From an uncultured virus (IMG/VR IMGVR_UViG_3300010348_001764) (lineage: Duplodnaviria; Heunggongvirae; Uroviricota; Caudoviricetes): a DNA stretch of 64,000 nt. Position numbers and translations under genes: made by a program. Shown here in pieces: positions 57,444 to 64,000 of the stretch. The notes beneath the pieces are model-generated. The model had not been told where the DNA came from. It did no database searches and saw only the letters and a list, made by a program, of their open reading frames with translations. Within the stretch, counting starts at the first letter, position 1; each line of letters begins with the position of its first letter. Location: IMG/VR virus record IMGVR_UViG_3300010348_001764. One strand, written 5' to 3'.

Positions 57444-57800
57444 ATGAAGCAACGACAGTTCATCAAGGTGGTCGGCACCTCCATCACCGGAGTGGATGGA
57501 GGTCGCCTTGAGACCACGCTCGGCCGCGGCATCGTCAACCTGAAACGCGGGCAGACCCTCATCGACTTCGTAACGGAGTTCCTCAACGAGCGCGGCATCA
57601 AGTCGTTCTCGCTGAACGAGCGCGGTGAAGGAACCTGGGCCACCACGCCCATGATGTTCTTGAACGAGGAACCAAAGCGCGTCGTCACCTACAGCTTCAC
57701 CGTGTTCCCGCAGGATGACCTCGGCTTTCACGCCAAGGACCTGTCGGCCGCTGAACTTCAGCGCGACATGAAGAAGCTCATGAAGCTCGTCTATGGCTAA
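57444..57800 (+). CDS. Hypothetical protein
   Basis: ORF following TGTTACAAT. Confidence 0.6.
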   Translation: MKQRQFIKVVGTSITGVDGGRLETTLGRGIVNLKRGQTLIDFVTEFLNERGIKSFSLNERGEGTWATTPMMFLNEEPKRVVTYSFTVFPQDDLGFHAKDLSAAELQRDMKKLMKLVYG

Positions 57801-58407
57801 GTTCCACATCCCCCTCTCAGGCGCCCAGGGCGGCGGTAAGACGTCGCTACTCGCTGAGCTGAAGCTGCGCGGCTACCACGTCGATGACTTCCGCGTTTCC
57901 CGCGCGGTCCAGAAGCAGCTTGGCTGGGAAAGCCTCGACCGCGTCATGGACAGCCCGCGAACGATGATGGAGTTCCAGGACGAGGTCTTCAACCAGAAGT
58001 ACCAGAACGACCATGCCCTGCACGTCCAGTCCAACGTCTACACCCTGATGGAGCGGTCGTTCGCTGACATCGCGGCGTACACCATGACGTGGATGTGGAA
58101 GTTCGTCGACCGCGGCGACATCGAGCTGAGCGAGGCCATCGCGTGGCTGAAGCCGTACTGCAAGCGGTGCGCCGATGCCCAGCGCGAGGTGTACGACGCG
58201 GTGATCATCCTTCCGATGATGTCACACGTCATCTTCGAGGCCGACCCGCACCGCGCCAAGAAGGAGGACGTCGAGGCTGTCTTCGAGAACCTCGAGCGGT
58301 TCATGGAGCAGCGCGACTTCATCAGCTTCCCCAAGCTCACCATCACGGCCAAGTCCATCAGCGAACGCGCTGACCAGGTCGAGGCCTTCCTGAGGGGATT
58401 GAAGTGA
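57793..58407 (+). CDS. P-loop nucleoside/nucleotide kinase-like protein
   Basis: GAQGGGKT, ERSFAD..AY, EAD..R. Confidence 0.75.
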   Translation: MAKFHIPLSGAQGGGKTSLLAELKLRGYHVDDFRVSRAVQKQLGWESLDRVMDSPRTMMEFQDEVFNQKYQNDHALHVQSNVYTLMERSFADIAAYTMTWMWKFVDRGDIELSEAIAWLKPYCKRCADAQREVYDAVIILPMMSHVIFEADPHRAKKEDVEAVFENLERFMEQRDFISFPKLTITAKSISERADQVEAFLRGLK

Positions 58408-58613
58408 CTGATCAACTTTCTACTATCGAAGAAGTTCATGCTTGGCTTCTAGACAATAGGTTGCCCAATGCTGTGGTAAGCTTCTTATATCAATCTGGTA
58501 GAAAGGCAGCATCATGGGAAATTTTGGGAGGCCATGATCCCCTTAGCGTTATACAGGACGCTGAGAATGCAATCGTACCCCGTCGAACCACCGCCCGTCC
58601 CTCCGACAGATAG
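58404..58613 (+). CDS. Short A/T-rich ORF overlapping the HNH 3' end
   Basis: GTGA coupling but atypical composition. Confidence 0.35.
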   Translation: MTDQLSTIEEVHAWLLDNRLPNAVVSFLYQSGRKAASWEILGGHDPLSVIQDAENAIVPRRTTARPSDR

Positions 58614-59262
58614 CGTCGAACGATAGCCCTCTTTCCCTGCACCATGGCTTCAACGCGCGCACTTCAAAGGTGCCGCCATCTTCACGTTCAAGTAGCCACA
58701 CCTTTGCGCGAGGGTTGCTAGAACCAGCAACACCTGCTGAGATCTTCTGTCGAGCCTCTGCGCTCATTACCTTCTTCTGTTGAGCTTCACGCTGGCGCTT
58801 GCGCCACTGCTCATCACGTGGTGGCTGCTTTCGGCCAAGGTTCATCGTGCGCAGTCTCTCTGCGGTTTCTGCTGACACTGGTACGCCAGTCTTTGCTTCA
58901 CTGATCTTCCGGCGCGTCGATGCGCGCAGCTTTCTCTTGTTGGCAGCAGATGACGCTTCCTTCACCAGTTGAAAGATACGTGAAGACACGTGAAGCATCC
59001 CCTTCTTCCGCAGTCTGCCCTCCATGTACATCAGCGCGCACTGCATGCTGCGCAGCTTACTACCACATGTCATCTTGACAAGCAGGAGGTGCGCGATGAA
59101 GTGTTCACGGGCTGTCAACCTGACAATGTTGGACCTCTCATTTGTTCCACCTAGAGAACGCGGAATGATATGATGTCGTTCTAGGTAGCCATCTCGCTGA
59201 AGCAGTTGGCGTGATTGAACAAGTGACCAGTACCAGCGTGTGTACTTGTTGTCCAGAAACAT
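58549..59262 (-). mobile_element. Free-standing HNH homing endonuclease with NUMOD3-like motifs (copy 3)
   Basis: MFLDNKYTRWY, ERHHIIPRSLGGTN..NIV.LTAREHFIAHLLL, TRRKISEA, GSSNPRAK; minus-strand TAAATA at 59286-59291. Confidence 0.88.
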
Positions 59263-59274
59263 GAGGAGCCTTCC

Positions 59275-59907
59275 ATGAAAAAGCCTATTTACAGCCGAGC
59301 ACATCCTGGGTCCCTGATCCTCTGCCTCGACACCGAGACCACAGGTTCCGACCGCAACCTCGACCACGCCGAGATCTTCAAGAAGTTCCAGGCGATCTCG
59401 TTCGGCGCCATCGTCGCTACCTCGGACACCTTCGAGGAGGTCGCCAAGATCGAGTTCAAGGTGAAGTACGACCCGAAGTACACGTGGTCGGAAGAGGCCG
59501 AGAAGATCCACGGCATCACGCGTGAGCAGCTGGAGCAGGAGGGCCTTGAGCCCGAGGAAGCAGCGGTTGAGCTCGCCGAGTTTCTGCTGAACCACTTCGG
59601 CACCGGCAAGATCATGTTCCTCGGCCACAACCCGTGGTTTGACATCCACGCCATGGCGCAGCTGCTCGAGCCGTTCGAGGTGATGCCTGAGCTGCACCAC
59701 GTCGTGCTCGACACGTCAGCCCTCGGCTGGATGGTCGCCAGCAAGTACAAGTCGGACGACCTCTTCGAGCTCTTCCTCGGTGGCCGCAGCGAGAAGCACG
59801 GCGCCCTCAACGACGCCGAGATGACGCTCGCCGTGGCTCGCTCGGTCCGACAGATCATGAACGAAGGCTGGCTCGCCGTGACCGGCGAGGTCCCACAGCT
59901 CGTGTAA
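59275..59907 (+). CDS. DEDDh 3'-5' exonuclease (DnaQ-like)
   Basis: LDTETTG, HGI, GHNPWFD, LDT, HGALND. Confidence 0.9.
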   Translation: MKKPIYSRAHPGSLILCLDTETTGSDRNLDHAEIFKKFQAISFGAIVATSDTFEEVAKIEFKVKYDPKYTWSEEAEKIHGITREQLEQEGLEPEEAAVELAEFLLNHFGTGKIMFLGHNPWFDIHAMAQLLEPFEVMPELHHVVLDTSALGWMVASKYKSDDLFELFLGGRSEKHGALNDAEMTLAVARSVRQIMNEGWLAVTGEVPQLV

Positions 59908-59953
59908 CGCGTTACATCTTCCTGGTGTACAACCGCCAGGAATGGTGTAAAAT
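59903..59953 (+). promoter_or_regulatory. Early promoter TGTAAC-N2-GTTACA-N8-GTGTAC-N17-TAAAAT
   Basis: Read directly from the sequence. Confidence 0.8.
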
Positions 59954-59959
59954 AGCTTC

Positions 59960-60523
59960 ATGACCTACGTTGACGCGGCTGTGCAGGGCATGGCCCTAGC
60001 CGATGCTGTCAAGACAGTTGCTGACCTGCCGGCCTCTGCTGTGACCGGCGAGGTGCGCTTCGTCGTCGACAGCGGCTGCGGCTATCTCTACAACGGCACC
60101 GCGTGGGTGCAGTTCTCGTCCAGTCCAAAGCCTCCGATCTGGCACCTCTTCCTCGACGATGAGCGTTCGCCATACGATGCGCTCTTTGCAGATGGCAACA
60201 CGCAGACGGCGCGCTCCTCGGAAGAGGCAAAGGAGATGGTAGAGAAGTGGGGTCTACCAGAAACGATGTCGCTGGACCACGACCTCGGCGGTGACGACAC
60301 CGGCCACAAGTTCCTGTGGTGGCTGATCAACGGCCACATCGACGAGCTGTGGGACCTCAACAGCGTGGAGCTGGTGCAGGTCCACTCGCGCAACCCGGTT
60401 GGTGCTGAGAACATCATGAAGCTCTGGAATGGGTTCGCTGTCGAGTACCAGATCCTAAACGAAAGCGGAAAGCCGCGCGCCTGCCGCGTGCAACCTGCTC
60501 GGAAGGTGGACAGTGACTGTTGA
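59960..60523 (+). CDS. Cyclic-phosphate-processing receiver-like domain protein with a fibre-like N-terminal segment
   Basis: LFLDDER.P, SLDHDLG..TG, VHSRNPVG..NI. Confidence 0.75.
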   Translation: MTYVDAAVQGMALADAVKTVADLPASAVTGEVRFVVDSGCGYLYNGTAWVQFSSSPKPPIWHLFLDDERSPYDALFADGNTQTARSSEEAKEMVEKWGLPETMSLDHDLGGDDTGHKFLWWLINGHIDELWDLNSVELVQVHSRNPVGAENIMKLWNGFAVEYQILNESGKPRACRVQPARKVDSDC

Positions 60524-60707
60524 GACTTTCGTTCACGGCGACATCGAGGTCAAGAAGACCGGCCGTTCCGCTGAAAAGCCAGCACCTGGTGGTAAGAAGA
60601 TGGTGCTGGTCGAGATCACCCCCGCAAACGAGTATGACGGCACGTGGAAGAAGTGGGTCAATCCCAGCGTTCTCTTCCACATCGTCGATGCGCCCAAGGA
60701 GGAATGA
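60513..60707 (+). CDS. Hypothetical protein
   Basis: Coupled ORF. Confidence 0.55.
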   Translation: MTVETFVHGDIEVKKTGRSAEKPAPGGKKMVLVEITPANEYDGTWKKWVNPSVLFHIVDAPKEE

Positions 60708-60946
60708 TGCGCTACACCACCCTTTCGTCCGTTCAGCTGTTCCTGCTGGCTCTCCTGATGTCGCTTTCCACAGCGGTCCTGGTGTCCATAAATACGTGGT
60801 ACCAGGAAACCCGGCTCCTGCCGGAGGTGCACGTGGACAAGGCTGGCGCCTGCATCAAGGTCGTGAACTTCGAGAACGGTCACGCCTTCAACTGCAACGA
60901 CGTTGACGTGCTTCTTCGGCGATACCGCAAGGTAACGTCTCAATGA
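60704..60946 (+). CDS. Small membrane-anchored protein
   Basis: N-terminal hydrophobic segment, two Cys. Confidence 0.55.
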   Translation: MMRYTTLSSVQLFLLALLMSLSTAVLVSINTWYQETRLLPEVHVDKAGACIKVVNFENGHAFNCNDVDVLLRRYRKVTSQ

Positions 60947-62097
60947 AGAAGTACCAACGACTGATCTGCACCGTCTGCAAGCGAACCAAGGACGCCCCCG
61001 TCGACAACACGCGGGTGGTGCCTGACCGCTGCACCATCACGCTCAACTGCCAAGGTCGGCTTGTTCTGACCGAGTACCGCTCCAACGCGGAGATTGCCGT
61101 TGCACCCGAGGTCGGCATCACCGACTGGTACCCGCGCAACCGCACCGTGACGGCAACGGTCGCTGATACCGAACCGACGCTCGTCAACACCAGCACTGGA
61201 ACCTACCAGCAGCTCGTGCTTGGCCTTGCTCTGGCCTCTCCTCCAACGGATGCCGCCACGGCCGCGCTCCAGCTGACGCTGCGCGACGACACGCCGAAGA
61301 ACTACCGGCAGTACACGTACCGCTTCGACACCACCTTCCAGAACGTGGCTGGTGTCGAAGATGGACTGGAGAAGAAGACGCTCCGCTACACCGCCTACGG
61401 CGTCAACCCAGACCTGGTCGAGGTGTACGTCAACGGTGTAAAGAAGGAGCAGTTCACCGACTACCAGCTGTACGACGGCACGCCCTCGTCAACCGTTCCA
61501 CCCAACATCATCTCGTTCAACGTACCGCAGACCGTAAGCGGCACGGCGCAGGTGGACGTCATCGTGTCGAAGGCAGCGGTGCTCAACACCACCACGCTCA
61601 CCTTCTTCCGCAACACCGACAACGAGGCGCGCCGCGACAAGGGTGCATGGGAGAACGTGTCGTACCTCGACCGCCTGGTGGGTGGAGTATGGAAGCGCTT
61701 CTACCTCTTCACGTACGATGTGTCCACCAGCGTTGACCTGACGCTCAACACGATCATGATCCCGAGCACGCCGATCCTGGTGACCGATGTGGTACCTGCG
61801 TCGGTGCAGCTGTCCGACAGTGAGCTGCTGCTTGCGCGCAAGCCGTACACCCAGCTTGACCGCTACCCCGACATCGCTGCCAAGCTCAGCGACTTCTCGA
61901 TCGAGCGCGACTTCTTCAAGTACCACACCGTCTCGGGCGTTCCAACGCTTGAGCTGACGGACACCACGCTCACCACCTTCTACCCTCCAGCCCGCCTGAC
62001 CAAGTTCCAGACAGAGCTGACCATCAAGACCGCCACCGCTGGGGTCGATGAGCAGGTCGTGAAGGACGGACAGGTGGTCGTAGGACCCGACGAATGA
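60943..62097 (+). CDS. Hypothetical late (probably structural) protein
   Basis: TAAATA at 60789; N-terminal CxxC..C..C; Thr/Val-rich; VEVYVNGV. Confidence 0.65.
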   Translation: MKKYQRLICTVCKRTKDAPVDNTRVVPDRCTITLNCQGRLVLTEYRSNAEIAVAPEVGITDWYPRNRTVTATVADTEPTLVNTSTGTYQQLVLGLALASPPTDAATAALQLTLRDDTPKNYRQYTYRFDTTFQNVAGVEDGLEKKTLRYTAYGVNPDLVEVYVNGVKKEQFTDYQLYDGTPSSTVPPNIISFNVPQTVSGTAQVDVIVSKAAVLNTTTLTFFRNTDNEARRDKGAWENVSYLDRLVGGVWKRFYLFTYDVSTSVDLTLNTIMIPSTPILVTDVVPASVQLSDSELLLARKPYTQLDRYPDIAAKLSDFSIERDFFKYHTVSGVPTLELTDTTLTTFYPPARLTKFQTELTIKTATAGVDEQVVKDGQVVVGPDE

Positions 62098-62558
62098 TCA
62101 GCGCACCAACTTCCTGCTTCTACCTCATGAAGGTGGAGGGCGAGGCGGTTCACTCAGTCGCCGCCGAGCTGTCACCTTCAACCGCTGCCGACATCGAGGT
62201 GGCCATCTTCACGTCAGCCGACTTCGAGAACGACATCGTGGCGGTCAACAGCCTCGCGACTGGCTTCAACCACGTGAAGTCGATCTCCCTGCTGGGCGAC
62301 ACTCTCCAGGTTGACGAGCGCTACAACCCGCTCTACGTTCCATCTCCCATCGAGAAGATCGACGAGATGCTGATACTTGACCCACGCGCCGACGGCGTTC
62401 GCTTCGTCGGCTTCAGCGGCAACCCCTTCACCCTCAAGGCAATGGAGGCCAAGGCCGGCGACGAGACGCTCATCTCCGCCAAGGTTGACTACCGCCCCTT
62501 CGACATGCCTGCCTACTCCGACATCGTCGCTGAGACGCAGGGCCAGGTGCTGAACTGA
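62094..62558 (+). CDS. Hypothetical protein
   Basis: ATGA coupling. Confidence 0.6.
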   Translation: MISAPTSCFYLMKVEGEAVHSVAAELSPSTAADIEVAIFTSADFENDIVAVNSLATGFNHVKSISLLGDTLQVDERYNPLYVPSPIEKIDEMLILDPRADGVRFVGFSGNPFTLKAMEAKAGDETLISAKVDYRPFDMPAYSDIVAETQGQVLN

Positions 62559-62959
62559 TGACCGACGTCCACTACAGCTACCTCGTCAACCTCAAGCTGG
62601 TCGCAGGTGGGCACCTGCGCCTCATGCAGGACACGTACCCTGGGGCGACCGACCTCAGCCTCGCCTCTCGCGACTTCGGCGACTACAACGAGTGCATTAC
62701 CTCGTGCAAGAAGCTGATGGACGACGTGCTGACCAAGCTGAACAGCACCGAGAACGGCATCACCTACATGCTGAACAGCGAGGTGAACCCGCTCCACACA
62801 GGTCAGGAAACCCTGTCCAAGGACTGGGCACCAGGCGAGCTCGCGCGCATCTGGGCCTTCGACAAGCAGATGGACAAGAAGGACCAGCCGATCGTGGCCG
62901 TCGGTCAGGCTCGGATCTTCAAGACCGAAAGCTCAACCTACAGGTTGGGTCGCAGCTAA
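62558..62959 (+). CDS. Hypothetical protein
   Basis: TGATG coupling. Confidence 0.6.
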   Translation: MTDVHYSYLVNLKLVAGGHLRLMQDTYPGATDLSLASRDFGDYNECITSCKKLMDDVLTKLNSTENGITYMLNSEVNPLHTGQETLSKDWAPGELARIWAFDKQMDKKDQPIVAVGQARIFKTESSTYRLGRS

Positions 62960-63037
62960 CCACCCGTTTGTGCAGCTCAGGTTGCAGTTCGTGCTACAAT
63001 GCTAGTAGCAACCCCTCCCTTTCACTACGAGGATCAC

Positions 63038-63248
63038 ATGGCAAAGACGAAGGAACTGGCCCCCAAGGCGAAGAAGCACCGCTCGATCGAGGAGATCATG
63101 CGCGACCCAGGCGCCAAGGCCAAGCTGAACAACCTGGTCGACGAGGCCGTGACGTGCAAGACGAAGATCCTGCACGAGCAGCAGACGATCAAGGCCCTGA
63201 AGGACGCCGCCCTCGAGGACCTCGGCCTGCACCCGAAGCTCTTCGGCA
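63038..63248 (+). CDS. T4 DsbA-like double-stranded DNA-binding protein (3'-truncated by the gap)
   Basis: L..LVDEA..K.KI.....IKA....A.EDLGL..KLF resembles T4 DsbA as recalled; RBS gagga; TGCTACAAT upstream. Confidence 0.6.
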
Positions 63249-63949
63249 NNNNNNNNNNNNNNNNNNNNNNNNNNNNNNNNNNNNNNNNNNNNNNNNNNNN
63301 NNNNNNNNNNNNNNNNNNNNNNNNNNNNNNNNNNNNNNNNNNNNNNNNNNNNNNNNNNNNNNNNNNNNNNNNNNNNNNNNNNNNNNNNNNNNNNNNNNNN
63401 NNNNNNNNNNNNNNNNNNNNNNNNNNNNNNNNNNNNNNNNNNNNNNNNNNNNNNNNNNNNNNNNNNNNNNNNNNNNNNNNNNNNNNNNNNNNNNNNNNNN
63501 NNNNNNNNNNNNNNNNNNNNNNNNNNNNNNNNNNNNNNNNNNNNNNNNNNNNNNNNNNNNNNNNNNNNNNNNNNNNNNNNNNNNNNNNNNNNNNNNNNNN
63601 NNNNNNNNNNNNNNNNNNNNNNNNNNNNNNNNNNNNNNNNNNNNNNNNNNNNNNNNNNNNNNNNNNNNNNNNNNNNNNNNNNNNNNNNNNNNNNNNNNNN
63701 NNNNNNNNNNNNNNNNNNNNNNNNNNNNNNNNNNNNNNNNNNNNNNNNNNNNNNNNNNNNNNNNNNNNNNNNNNNNNNNNNNNNNNNNNNNNNNNNNNNN
63801 NNNNNNNNNNNNNNNNNNNNNNNNNNNNNNNNNNNNNNNNNNNNNNNNNNNNNNNNNNNNNNNNNNNNNNNNNNNNNNNNNNNNNNNNNNNNNNNNNNNN
63901 NNNNNNNNNNNNNNNNNNNNNNNNNNNNNNNNNNNNNNNNNNNNNNNNN
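63249..63949. other. Assembly gap (run of N)
   Basis: Undetermined bases. Confidence 0.99.
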
Positions 63950-64000
63950 GACTAACTACGTCGGTGCCGTCTACGACTGGGACAGCGACAAGGTCCTGGT

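Noticed and set aside
59263..59700. N-terminal extension of the 383-aa minus-strand ORF 58549..59700
   Set aside because: It overlaps the exonuclease gene antisense; the HNH homology and its late promoter place the start at 59262.
62999..63955. 318-aa ORF spanning the N run
   Set aside because: Its length is an artefact of the assembly gap; only 63038-63248 can be interpreted.
1..64000. tRNA/rRNA genes, introns, inteins, integrase or stop-codon recoding
   Set aside because: No cloverleaf or rRNA-like segment was recognised by eye; conserved genes (thyA, topo II, phoH, helicase) are uninterrupted and of normal length in the standard code. A tRNAscan-SE run would be needed to exclude tRNAs formally.

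Overview
This 64-kb window is a fragment of a large, high-GC, T4-like (probably jumbo) lytic myovirus genome. It is densely coded, mostly on the + strand, and ends in an assembly gap (63249-63949). Recognisable core genes are two type IIA topoisomerase subunits, a canonical thymidylate synthase, a DinG-like helicase, a DEDD exonuclease, PhoH, ClpP, DnaJ, a T4 DsbA-like protein and a tail/tail-fibre block (26.4-36.3 kb and 42.5-44.9 kb). Many T4-style late promoters (TAAATA) and sigma70-type early promoters are visible. The most interesting region is the first ~10 kb. It holds a second, cytosine-type thymidylate-synthase homologue (T4 gp42-like), two nucleotide kinases, a UDG-fold protein, a UDP-sugar 4-epimerase (GalE), a T4 beta-glucosyltransferase-like GT-B enzyme, UDP-galactopyranose mutase (Glf) and a TagD-like cytidylyltransferase. 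Together these suggest a DNA hypermodification pathway that adds a furanose sugar (galactofuranose or L-arabinofuranose) to a modified cytosine. Other notable signals: (1) a fixed early-promoter architecture GTTACA-N8-GTGTAC-N17-TANAAT with a helically phased upstream TGTAAC; (2) three antisense HNH homing endonucleases, each with its own late promoter interlocked with a divergent gene; (3) candidate virion-packaged effectors (an ART-like protein and a PD-(D/E)xK nuclease); (4) a dispersed RNA-repair/tRNA toolkit; (5) a late-expressed tandem-AAA MoxR/vWA-metallopeptidase pair; (6) a PagP-like outer-membrane barrel. All functional calls come from motif recognition by eye; no database searches were run.
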